Assembly (NCBI GenBank): GCA_951406725.2
Contig: OX597822.1
Coordinates: forward strand, 86,490,001 to 86,554,000
Origin: Octopus vulgaris
Taxonomy: Eukaryota
Reading direction: 5' to 3'
DNA: 64,000 nt
A program made the position numbers and the translations under genes. Of the stretch, positions 49,893 to 62,210 are shown in pieces; the first letter of the stretch is position 1; each line of letters starts with the position of its first letter. The notes beneath the pieces are model-generated. The model did no database searches and had not been told where the DNA came from. It was given only the letters and a program-made list of their open reading frames with translations.

Positions 49893-52405
49893 GAACATTA
49901 TTGGTGAATTGAAGAAATGGAGCTGAACGCAGATTGAACAGAAATCGTTTTATTTCATTCTACACGTGTTTCGAAAGGCACAAATTACCAAAATCCGATG
50001 GAATAATGGGACCATATTGTGTCTTTCTCTTCAGGAAGAAAATAGGAAATCCGTTGGAAAAACAAAAACAGAACAGAGGCGGAGCAAAAACAAATCGAAC
50101 TATGCTCCTAAGAGCCCATGGCAAAACTGTTTATCAGTGTATGTTGAGAACCGGTGGCTGAAGAATTCAACGGGTCAGGCATCGGTCAATCATGTGGGTG
50201 AGGGTGCGTAGATGTTCTTTGTGACCGAGAATAAAGTTCTGACTATTTAAGGAATATTGGATGTTTTATAAGGGGCGAGAAAAAATCTACTTAGAGACGT
50301 GTGTGTGTGTATACTGTTCTATATATGTGTGTGTTGGCGTAGGGGTAGAAAACATTTTTTGTGTACGTGTGTGCGTTTGATCGTTCGGCTGTCAGTGGCT
50401 ACTGCCGTGATAACCGTTGGGTGGCAGAAAAAAATATATATATATCATGTTTTATGTGTGTGTGTGTTCATCTAAGCCTGCCTTGTCAAGGAAACCCCCG
50501 CTGTGAAAAAACCAAGCCCCGTTTGTCTTACAGGAGTAATTCCCCTTGCAGTGGTTAATCGTAGATATCTTAAAGGCTATTTCAGAATTTGTTACCAAGG
50601 GCTATGGGTGCCGGTATTATTTATAAACGCTATTTAAAAGCCAGATAAGTGTAACGCCGCCAATGGGGGCATCGAAAAGCCGACTGTAAAAGCCCGTTTA
50701 CCATCCGGCCTCTGGCAAACAAAATATGGAAGAGTTCGGAGACACAAAGGTTGCACTGCCTTCTGCCCCTATCAAATGGGAGGGCCACCGACAAAATTGA
50801 CCATTCCAGCCTGTAGCTTAAGTTCGTATCCTTCAGTCGCCATATTAGCTTACTGAGTCCCGTGGTCTGGCGCTTGTTCATGTCCCGAAAAGTTGCGTAA
50901 TGGTTGGAGACACGCAAAGACAATCTTGAGGATGAGGCCCCTACATAAGTGAAGACATCTGAGTCCGTGTAAACCTTGCATTGGTAGACGGCGTTTTTGA
51001 TCTTGGAGTTCGCCGACGTGAATCTAATTCTGCTAGGATTAGTTTCTGAAATTAGAACTGCGTTCCTGTCACTATATTCGTTCCGAGACCTGCAGCCGCT
51101 TACTACTCTATTTTCCACTACGTCACTATTAACTATAGGAATAACCCCTGATTCTCCACTATCTATCAAAGTGCTGTCATTGCTACTGCCCGTGGTGCTG
51201 CTATTGCGGGAAATGATGCTGGGGATGCTATTGGGGCTCTCTACCCTACTCCCATTGTTACCGTCAACCACAACACCCCTATTTATAACTATACCCCTAG
51301 TGGGTACTCTCTGGCTGGAGCTGAGATTATGTGTCACTGTACTGGCTCTCATATCATTATTACTACTATAATTATTCCTACTGAGCATTAAACCGGGAGC
51401 GGAAGAGGCTGTGCCTCCGGAAAAAGGTGATAGGGTCTTAGTAAGTAGCCTATTATTATGGGAGGCGATTATCTGGGCGAGGTTTTTAGTGTTGGAGAAA
51501 GCTATCCTAACTTTATGCGAGTTAACCGTGGAGTAATATTTGGAATTTCTGGGGAAGTTATTGGCGATGGCTTGTCTAAACATGAGGGGGAGGTTAGTTC
51601 TAATCTGCTTACCAAAGGGGATTACAAACCATATATGCTTATTCCTATCAGTGTGATGGGTCGGGACGCCAGCTCTCGCATTCGGGTGGGTGATTCTCGG
51701 ATGAATAACGGGTCTTGGGTTAGTGTAAGACCTCCCGGACCGATAATTATCCTTGTTCGCTAAATTAAATGCGGGAGCGACTACCCCGGCATCCACCGCG
51801 CTCCCGTCCTTACTTAAAATGTTAATGTTATTATATACGGCCCTATCCTGATGACCGAATGATGGCATCGGAAGGGCCGGATCAATATAAATTACCTTCT
51901 GCCTATAACCGGCCTTGGATAGTGCGGCGTTATAAAATTCCGCTTTCTGCATAAAAATATCGGCACTGGCGGACAAGCCAGACAATCTTAGAGAGATGTT
52001 TTTAACCAAATTGTCTGTTACGGTTTTGGCATGATTTGAGAAGACACTGACATACTTCAAATTAGTGGAAGGCTTATGGTAAGGGCAGTATGAGTCGCTA
52101 TTAAGGTTAAGTGTAACGTCTAGGAAATTAGCCTTGGTGAGTTCATTATCAAAAACTATACTCATGCCCATTCTATTAAAAAACCTAGCTAACCTGCTCT
52201 TAGTTTTCTGCACTATTCTGTTCGTGGTGTTTTGCAGGTAAAACAGACAATCGTCACGATACAGGCCGCCCGCGATCTCCGGGAATTGGTCGGACAATTC
52301 GTAGAGAATATATATTCCGACCAAATCGGCTATCTGCGCACTATCCGAACTACCCATAGGCACTTCAAATTCATTGGGAGTATCTTTACGGATCCACAAC
52401 TTATT
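49893..52405 (-). mobile_element. PLE copy B, 5'-truncated tandem copy (extended pLTR)
   Basis: Matches 46267-48781 apart from a few substitutions and two homopolymer indels; breaks at NKLW, upstream of PMGS/YRDD. Confidence 0.95.
49951..50044 (-). ncRNA. Type I hammerhead ribozyme, copy B
   Basis: Identical to copy A, 3626 bp away and ~260 nt upstream of the ATG of the intact ORF. Confidence 0.8.
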
Positions 52406-55134
52406 TGGCCTCACCAGAGAAGAGATAGATATCATTTTAGTTGCCAGGAAATCGTTTATTAAGTTTGATAATAAGTTGTGGATCCGTAAAGATACTCCCA
52501 ATGAATTTGATGTGCCTATGGGTAGTTCGGATAGTGCGCAGATAGCCGATTTGGTCGGAATATATATTCTCTACGAATTGTCCGACCAATTCCCGGAGAT
52601 CGCGGGCGGCCTGTATCGTGACGATTGTCTGTTTTACCTGCAAAACACCACGAACAGAATAGTGCAGAAAACTAAGAGCAGGTTAGCTAGGTTTTTTAAT
52701 AGAATGGGCATGAGTATAGTTTTTGATAATGAACTCACCAAGGCTAATTTCCTAGACGTTACACTTAACCTTAATAGCGGCTCATACTGCCCTTACCATA
52801 AGCCTTCCACTAATTTGAAGTATGTCAGTGTCTTCTCAAATCATGCCAAAACCGTAACAGACAATTTGGTTAAAAACATCTCTCTAAGATTGTCTGGCTT
52901 GTCCGCCAGTGCCGATATTTTTATGCAGAAAGCGGAATTTTATAACGCCGCACTATCCAAGGCCGGTTATAGGCAGAAGGTAATTTATATTGATCCGGCC
53001 CTTCCGATGCCATCATTCGGTCATCAGGATAGGGCCGTATATAATAACATTAACATTTTAAGTAAGGACGGGAGCGCGGTGGATGCCGGGGTAGTCGCTC
53101 CCGCATTTAATTTAGCGAACAAGGATAATTATCGGTCCGGGAGGTCTTACACTAACCCAAGACCCGTTATTCATCCGAGAATCACCCACCCGAATGCGAG
53201 AGCTGGCGTCCCGATCCATCACACTGATAGGAATAAGCATATATGGTTTGTAATCCCCTTTGGTAAGCAGATTAGAACTAACCTCCCCCTCATGTTTAGA
53301 CAAGCCATCGCCAATAACTTCCCCAGAAATTCCAAATATTACTCCACGGTTAACTCGCATAAAGTTAGGATAGCTTTCTCCAACACTAAAAACCTCGCCC
53401 AGATAATCGCCTCCCATAATAATAGGCTACTTACTAAGACCCTATCACCTTTTTCCGGAGGCACAGCCTCTTCCGCTCCCGGTTTAATGCTCAGTAGGAA
53501 TAATTATAGTAGTAATAATGATATGAGAGCCAGTACAGTGACACATAATCTCAGCTCCAGCCAGGGAGTACCCACTAGGGGTATAGTTATAAATAGGGGT
53601 GTTGTGGTTGACGGTAACAATGGGAGTAGGGTAGAGAGCCCCAATAGCATCCCCAGCATCATTTCCCGCAATAGCAGCACCACGGGCAGTAGCAATGACA
53701 GCACTTTGATAGATAGTGGAGAATCAGGGGTTATTCCTATAGTTAATAGTGACGTAGTGGAAAATAGAGTAGTAAGCGGCTGCAGGTCTCGGAACGAATA
53801 TAGTGACAGGAACGCAGTTCTAATTTCAGAAACTAATCCTAGCAGAATTAGATTCACGTCGGCGAACTCCAAGATCAAAAACGCCGTCTACCAATGCAAG
53901 GTTTACACGGACTCAGATGTCTTCACTTATGTAGGGGCCTCATCCTCAAGATTGTCTTTGCGTGTCTCCAACCATTATGCAACTTTTCGGGACATGAACA
54001 AGCGCCAGACCACGGGACTCAGTAAGCTAATATGGCGACTGAAGGATACGAACTTAAGCTACAGGCTGGAATGGTCAATTTTGTCGGTGGCCCTCCCATT
54101 TGATAGGGGCAGAAGGCAGTGCAACCTTTGTGTCTCCGAACTCTTCCATATTTTGTTTGCCAGAGGCCGGATGGTAAACAGGCTTTTACAGTCGGCTTTT
54201 CGATGCCCCCATTGGCGGCGTTACACTTATCTGGCTTTTAAATAGCGTTTATAAATAATACCGGCACCCATAGCCCTTGGTAACAAATTCTGAAATAGCC
54301 TTTAAGATATCTACGATTAACCACTGCAAGGGGAATTACTCCTGTAAGACAAACGGGGCTTGGTTTTTTCACAGCGGGGGTTTCCTTGACAAGGCAGGCT
54401 TAGATGAACACACACACACATAAAACATGATATATATATATTTTTTTTCTGCCACCCAACGGTTATCACGGCAGTAGCCACTGACAGCCGAACGATCAAA
54501 CGCACACACGTACACAAAAAATGTTTTCTACCCCTACGCCAACACACACATATATAGAACAGTATACACACACACACGTCTCTAAGTAGATTTTTTCTCG
54601 CCCCTTATAAAACATCCAATATTCCTTAAATAGTCAGAACTTTATTCTCGGTCACAAAGAACATCTACGCACCCTCACCCACATGATTGACCGATGCCTG
54701 ACCCGTTGAATTCTTCAGCCACCGGTTCTCAACATACACTGATAAACAGTTTTGCCATGGGCTCTTAGGAGCATAGTTCGATTTGTTTTTGCTCCGCCTC
54801 TGTTCTGTTTTTGTTTTTCCAACGGATTTCCTATTTTCTTCCTGAAGAGAAAGACACAATATGGTCCCATTATTCCATCGGATTTTGGTAATTTGTGCCT
54901 TTCGAAACACGTGTAGAATGAAATAAAACGATTTCTGTTCAATCTGCGTTCAGCTCCATTTCTTCAATTCACCAATAATGTTCTAATTTCAATTATCCGC
55001 ACCAACGCACGGTTGCAACACCATATGGTTGTACCTCCAACCGTGCTGTTTTACTGCTGTGATTTTTGCTACTAAGGTATCGGTTAAACTTTTGATTAAT
55101 CTACTACAAGATTATTCATCTTTCTATTTCACAT
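52406..55134 (+). mobile_element. PLE copy C, 5'-truncated inverted copy
   Basis: Begins at GLTREEIDI, ORF stops at 54245, runs through the 3' UTR and 151 nt into the next unit's leader, then (TA)n. Confidence 0.95.
54832..54925 (+). ncRNA. Type I hammerhead ribozyme, copy C
   Basis: Stem I tattttcttc/gaatgaaata; core CTGAAGA; stem II GAAAGaCACAA...TTGTGcCTTTC; GAAA; stem III C-ACGT-G; GTA cleavage triplet (after 54915). Confidence 0.82.
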
Positions 55135-55205
55135 AATATATATATATATATATATATAGATATGTATGATGATGATTATTATATATATATATATATATAT
55201 ATATA

Positions 55206-55581
55206 GATAAGGCGCAGGAGTGGCTGTGTGGTAAGTAGCTTGCTAACCAACCACATGGTTCCGGGTTCAGTCCCACTGCGTGGCATCTTGGGCAAGTGTC
55301 TTCTGCTATAGCCCTGGGCCGACCAATGCCTTGTGAGTGGATTTGGTAGACGGAAACTGAAAGAAGCCTGTCGTATATATGTATGTATATATATATATAA
55401 ACATACATATATACGACAGGCTTCTTTCAGTTTCCGTCTACCAAATCCACTCACAAGGCATTGGTCGGCCCAGGGCTATAGCAGAAGACACTTGCCCAAG
55501 ATGCCACGCAGTGGGACTGAACCCGGAACCATGTGGTTGGTTAGCAAGCTACTTACCACACAGCCACTCCTGCGCCTTATC
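55206..55581. repeat. Perfect inverted pair of SINE 5' halves
   Basis: 55206-~55386 is the reverse complement of ~55403-55581, around a short TA spacer. Confidence 0.92.
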
Positions 55582-55591
55582 TATATATATA

Positions 55592-55674
<83 letters not shown>

Positions 55675-55869
55675 TCATTTAACATTCGTTTTCCATGCTG
55701 GGCATGGGTTAGACAGTTTGACTGGAGCTGATAAACCAGAGAGCTGCACCAGGCTCCAGTCATCTGTTTTGGATTGGTTCCTATGGCTGGATCCCCTTCC
55801 TAATGGCAATATACACATGCACATATATACATGCATGCACACACACACACACACACACCACATTTTTCC

Positions 55870-55906
<37 letters not shown>

Positions 55907-55913
55907 TATTTTT

Positions 55914-55995
<82 letters not shown>

Positions 55996-55997
55996 GG

Positions 55998-56046
<49 letters not shown>

Positions 56047-56049
<3 letters not shown>

Positions 56050-56475
56050 ATATATAAACGGCAGTTTGTCTGTCTGTGTGTCTGTCAGGTTGTACCCTCA
56101 CCCTGACCACGGCTTTCAACCGATTCTGATGAAACTTGACACACACATAACCCAATGTCATAATTCAAAACTAACGCAGTGAAAATTTTGAAAAGTTCCC
56201 CCAGTTCTGAAAAAAATCGATAAATTCATCATTGGCTCGAGAATCTAAGCTTTTTATATGCAACACATTTTCTCTCTAGGGGACACAACTCGACCATTTT
56301 ATCGCCCAAAGGGACAGCTAGGAACATTGTATACACAGAAGTATTCGAGTGAAGAGAAGACATTGCAACCTACACATGCGCCTTCGTTCCTTAGAGGGAA
56401 AGGACTAGATTGGGATTAGTCGTTGCCTACTAGGGGCTCTTACATACCCGGGCAACGCCGGGCTATGCTGCTAGT
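56047..56475 (+). mobile_element. Short non-autonomous Helitron (deletion relative of 30824-31960)
   Basis: A|TC start, same 5' ~220 bp, 3' hairpin and CTAG|T. Confidence 0.8.
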
Positions 56476-56955
56476 ATATATATATATATATATATGTATG
56501 TACACACACACACAGTTAATTCAAGAAAGTCAAATCTTCATTAGGTATTATATAATCCAAGGTATTCCACTGGTTTAATCTGTATCATATAATGGTAAAG
56601 TCATTAGTATATGTTTAGGATTATTGAAGATGTTTGTTAAATGTAACAAGGTAAATGTAAATTTACTCCGATTTGATAAAAAGAAACAGCTGTAAATGGT
56701 TCCGAACTACAATTAAATAATGACTTTTTAATACCAATAATCAACTTCTCATGGTTAATTATTGTTCCATTTCTTTTCTTTTGCTATATATATTAAACCA
56801 TGGTTTTACCTTAAATTACCTACTACTGTATACCTTAGAGCTAGAACTATACATAATGAGGCAATACACAAGGAGTGCCTATGGATACATCTATCCCTTA
56901 GATGGTTGCATAACCTCTAACTTATATTTTCTTATATATATATATATATATGTAT

Positions 56956-57402
56956 ACTAGCTGATATACCCGGTAATTCCTAGAAAAGCAGGGCTTAACC
57001 CTCGGTTCTGTTCTCATAATTGTTTCACTATTTTAACAACAACAATACAAAGTATATAGCCCTTAAAATGGTTTTTGTGCATTTACAGAGAATACCGAAC
57101 TGTTTTACATAGGATCTCATTTTTAGGAAATCCCAAATCGTGAAGTCAATTAAGTAATAACATGAAATTAGTTATCCGATAGTAAGAATTCAAATAAAGT
57201 AGCTCCGGAAAGGGTTTAATGCATTCCCAGAGTATATAGAACATAGGAGGAAATACCAATAAGGTATGTATACCAAAATCATGAAGCATGTTACATAATA
57301 ACAGGCTAATTCGATATGAGATAATAACAATTCAAAGTAAATAACTCTGAAAAGGGCTTTTGTGCATTCCCAGAGAATATAACCCTCAGGGGTGCTAGTG
57401 TT
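56956..57402 (-). mobile_element. Helitron-like element 3' portion
   Basis: ACTAGCTGATATACCCGG start (CTAGT on the minus strand); homologous to 9534-10000. Confidence 0.6.
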
Positions 57403-58054
57403 GAAATAGATTTACAATGAATGTAGAAAAAGACTGGCATTTAGTTTTATAGTAGACATACAAATAAATTTGCATATAGATTTAAGAATAAAATAACATG
57501 TAGATTATCAATACATTTACAAAACATGTAGATTATCAATCTACTTATGAAAACATCAACACATCTATCGATATGAATTAAGAAAATGTTCCTACATGTA
57601 AACAGCGTGTGAACTGTATGAATACAGTGCAGACTGCAATATTATCGATAGGTAAATGGTGATTTCTGTCTGCTTGTGTTGTTGAATGTTACATAGAATA
57701 CATCATTACAAAACATTAACACATCTATCAATATGAATGAAGGTGTTCCTACATGTAAACAGGGTGTGATCTTTGTGCTGACAATGCATTTGTCTAAAAG
57801 CAGAACAGTTCTTCATGCGGCACTTGTCAATTGGCTGAAGTGACATGAAAGGCATCATCCACGATCGGATGGTGCTTTTTACATGCCACCAGCACAGAAG
57901 TCAGTCAGGGCGAGGGGGCTGACCACAACTACAATTTCCATTTGATTGTGATTTGATTTCATTTGATGTTGATTATGTATAAGATAAAAGGAGATGTGTA
58001 TGTGTGTGTATTGAACTGGATAATCAATGCTATCTTATTTTCTATTTCAGTAAA

Positions 58055-58297
58055 ATGGGAAATGTTACAAAATGTTGTGGAAAATTAAATCAGTCCAAAT
58101 CCAATTCTGAATTGCATGAATTAGTTATGTGTGAGGAGGAAAAATGCATTTCAAGAAAAATGAGTGCTTCTGCCATGGAATTCCCTGATACTAGTAAAGC
58201 ACAACTTATAGATTTGAAAGACTATGAATACCCCTTTGAGAATTTGGTGTTTGAAGGTGGTGGAAATAAAGGCATTGCTTATTGTGGTTGTTTACAC
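58055..58297 (+). CDS. Patatin-like phospholipase gene 2, first coding exon
   Basis: Acceptor tttcag at 58050, ATG at 58055, CAC|gtgaga donor. MGNVTKCCGK...YPFENLVFEGGGNKGIAYCGCLH contains the Gly-rich oxyanion loop. Confidence 0.92.
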
Positions 58298-58580
58298 GTG
58301 AGATTTTATGTTTTTCTATGAGTTACATTTATTTAAAGCAGATTGAAAGCTTACATAGGATACAGCATCATCATAATTATTATCAATGTCATTGTTATTG
58401 TTGTTGTCATCATCATAATCATTTTGTGTGTGCCTTCTGTACTGTCATAGTTTGGATAAGTCATCAGTACCCACTAATTTCTTATTTGAAGTTAATGCTT
58501 CCATAGATGGGCTAGAGACCACATAATTACTTAGAGGTTCAATTTTGACATACTTTTTAATAACCATTTGCCTTTCCTAA

Positions 58581-58816
58581 TACCTATTTCTTTACTACCC
58601 ACAAGGGGTTAAACACAGAAGGAACAAACAAGGACAGACAAACGGATTAAGTTGATTACATCGACCCCAGTGCGTAACTGGTACTTAATTTATCGACCCC
58701 GAAAGGATGAAAGGCAAAGTCGACCTCGGCGGAATTTGAACTCAGAACGTAACGGCAGACGAAATACGGCTACGCATTTCGCCCAGTGTGCTAAAGTTTC
58801 TGCCAGTTCGCCGCCT
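58581..58816 (-). mobile_element. Young SINE (family of 35440)
   Basis: Reverse complement is colinear with 35441-35677. Confidence 0.85.
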
Positions 58817-60899
58817 AATACCATGGCACCAGCACCAGCACTGGAGAGGTTGTCTTAACTTCAGCAAGACTAAAAATCAAACTGACCCAGAAAGTGATGA
58901 AACTGAAAGAATTTGGGTGAAAGGGTGATAGAAGAGGGAATATCGAAAGACTGATATAGAAACCCATCTGCTGAATTTTGGTGAGGAAACCATAAAGGGG
59001 AAAGGAGACAGGATGATAAAGGAGTAATGAAAATGAGAGAATGATGTGTATCATCAATGATTAATGGAGGAGGAAGTAAGTGAGAAAAAGAGATAGGAAC
59101 CAGTAGAGCTAGATAATGAGAGGAGGAAGGAAGAGGGGAAAAGAGTGAGAGAGGGAGAGTGATAAAAAGATTCAACATACAGGAGCTGCCACAAATAATT
59201 ATCTTCTTCAATTCTTCTGTTATGGTGTGGAAGACCATCAGGGGTCTGAGAATTGAACCCACTTCGAAAGCTAGATGTTTGCTGATAATTTCTACCAAGC
59301 AGTAGTTGCCAGAGCACTTCTATATGCTTGTAAAATGTGGATTCCTTATCAGAACCACACCAAATTTCATCTACTTCTTGCAATTAACCAAAAGCAAAAG
59401 AAAAGCAACGCTTAATATTCCAAGAACAAACAGAAAAGACAACGGTTGAGGCAATGATTATCACACATCTGTTTTACAGGATTGGTTGTGCTCAAAGGAT
59501 AGATAATGAATGACTACCAGAGACCATTTTTTATTCTGAAATACAAGAAAATGTTACTATGGAAGACCACAATTGAAATTCACAGATGTCCTAAAGCATA
59601 ACCTTACACTCTGTAATATTGTAGTTTGAGATTGTCATGGAGGCTAGAATATTTTCACACACACATGTATTTTCCCTGTGCTGGCACCACTAATAAGCAC
59701 CCAGTACACTCTGTAAAGTTGTTGGTGTTAGGAAAGGCATCCAACTGTAGAAACCATACCAAAACAGATGACTGGAGCCTGGTGCACTCGCCGGTCTTGC
59801 CAGTTCCTGTCAAACTGTTCAACTCATGCCAGCATGGAAAACAGATGTTTTGATGATGATGATAGCGGAGGAATCTCTACTCTCTTAGCTGCAAACACTT
59901 TGAGTGCAGCAGAAAAGACAAGAAGTACCAAAGACCGCAGACGAGAAAGAGCTGGCTAGTTACTATTGGTGAAAAATCGCCAACAATCCTAAGCAAATAA
60001 TGTCACTAAATCTTGGATCCCACAGTCCACCAGGGGGTGGGGACCAATGTTAGAATGAAGGTGGTGGGTGGAGCAACTTCTTGGATTGATAAACTTCATG
60101 GTGAATGCTTGTGCTACATGTTCAAAGATCAATATTTCTGTTACATGTCACTTGTCTGAGATTAATTATTCTATTATATACTCTGATAACCCCACTTCCT
60201 TTAATTATTTCTCTGCCAACAATATGCCTAATACAGACATTCCAGTGTACTCACCTGAAAAAGTCGTAGCTATGTTTATGATGATACAGAATATGATTGA
60301 CAAGGAGATCAAAGCAAACCATCAGAATGCCATAAGCAAAGACAGGAATGAAAATCTATAAATTGTTAGATACTTTGATCAAATGATGCATAAAAAATTA
60401 AATCAAAATACAAGGACCTTGAAATGGAAATAAGCAAGATGAGAGAAAAGAAAAAAAATACCAAGTTCCAAATAAACTGTGCATTGAGAATGATAAATGT
60501 GATATTCTGGCATGTTCTGTGAATCGCCATAGGGAGTTATCTTCCTTGTACGATTTTGTTACCTGCATAGAACAGGAATTGAGCACTCTTACAAGTTGTG
60601 GACTCCTGAAATGCAGAGAGAGAGAGAGAGAGAGTCTTTCTTCCTGTAATGTTCCCTTGGTACATAATCCCTGACGATGCATTGTGTCCTGGTCTCTGTT
60701 TAATCTACAGCAGGCACGGTCCCAGGAATTTTTCAAAGGGAGGGCATGAAGTCAGGATAGAATACAATTCCAGGAGGAAAGAGTGTAATAACATTATTTA
60801 GAAGGGCGCACTTCTTTTCCTGAGGGGAGGGGACATGCTTCTCAGGGACCCCCTGGTCCGCCCATGTACATATGATATTACTTTAATAGCAGGGTTATA

Positions 60900-62135
60900 A
60901 CCCTTTGAATTTAATCCAGTCCTGACTTATGAAAATAAGACATTTCATCTACCAATGAGTTTCTGAACTGTTAATTGATAGACACAACAGCTCTATATGG
61001 AGCCAAGAACCATTCTGTCAAGGTACTGACACCACTGAGATACTTGAAAGATTTGAGAAGTATATGAAGCAAGCAGAATTGGCATTCATTCCAGAAGATT
61101 TCACTGATGCTAAAAAGAAAAATCTGATACAGATATGACTCTCTTTGATTATACAGGCAAAGTCAAAACAGAAGATTGTATCAACCAAGCAATAAAAAAA
61201 ACATCAAAGATGGTTTGAAAGTTGTTATGAATCTGGAATACTCCAAATACAAACTCTTAAATGACATGCCTCAAGGAAGCAAGATGTTTTTGGAGACTGG
61301 TGTCTGCAGGTTTTAAAGCAAGCAATGAGTTGCCCATTGAATAACTATATACCAAATAGTGCAGCCAGAGGTGTCATTGCCATGCAAACCTCAATCTCCC
61401 ACCTTCAGAAGAAAGTCCTACGAGAAAGATCTGATTATGAAATACTCATTAGACTGGGCAGGGGGATACGCTTGAAACAACTGACCAGCAAGTGGCCAAT
61501 ACGTTGCAAACAGAGTCTGCTGTGCATTCCTATAAGACTCCTTGTAAGATCCACAACAAGAGAGTCTTAAAGGAATGATGAATTACCATGCAAGTGCACA
61601 CTATAAGACAAGTGTGAAGCCAGTGCCTAACACGAGACCAATATCAGCAGGAACAATGCACAATCAGATCATCCCGGATGATTCAACCAGAAAAGAAAGC
61701 TAAAAAATTGTTTGATAAACGAAACCATGCCAGATGCATGTTGGCAACCATATGCTCATAGGATAGAGAAAATCCAAAAGTAACTGAAATCAAGGACTGA
61801 ACAGGGCAATCAGAAACTCACCTATGATGCATCCAAATGGAAACACCCACTGGACAGACCAGCATGTTTGTCATAAGAGAAGGAAGGCTAAGAAGTCTGA
61901 CAGAAATAGTAACGAAATGGATTTGAGCTTGTTGATCACAGACCATCTACAGGAAGCAGAAACACAACCTGCTAATGCATTAGTAGGTATCAATCAGCAA
62001 GTAGTTCCAGAGAACTTTGATGCAGTAATAGAAATTGTCAACCACCACCTTACCTATGAAACTATTTTCAGAACTGAGATGAGTAGAAATATGATATTCT
62101 GGCATGCTCTGTGTAGCTCTCCACAGGTCAGGAGG
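60900..62135 (+). mobile_element. Highly degraded LTR-retrotransposon pol/integrase-like remnant (tentative)
   Basis: Purine-rich, coding-like composition with LGRGIRL and a terminal RSGR-like motif; no intact domain. Confidence 0.3.
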
Positions 62136-62210
62136 ATGTTGCTAACAATGACAATGATGTTGTTGTTATTGTTATTCTCTTTTTCTTTAAACTGAACTGT
62201 TGTTTTCTAG

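Noticed and set aside
46267-50630. True LTRs of an LTR retrotransposon
   Set aside because: No TG..CA ends, PBS, gag or integrase; the repeat extends 1.8 kb into the ORF, as expected for a PLE partial tandem.
50630-54245. Two 623-aa ORFs starting MGVSLRIHNL as independent genes
   Set aside because: Their N-termini are antisense text read across the palindrome junction. Both are truncated PLE copies lacking the first RT aspartate motif (QFDI).
55206-55290. tRNA gene
   Set aside because: A/B-box-like head of a SINE that continues into the SINE body, with no full cloverleaf.
57480-57770. Short direct duplications (~27 and ~60 bp)
   Set aside because: Ordinary degenerate local duplications with no further structure.
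58004-58054. N-terminal extension of gene 2 from the ORF track (MCIELDNQ..)
   Set aside because: Intronic polypyrimidine tract ending in an acceptor at 58050; the true ATG is at 58055.
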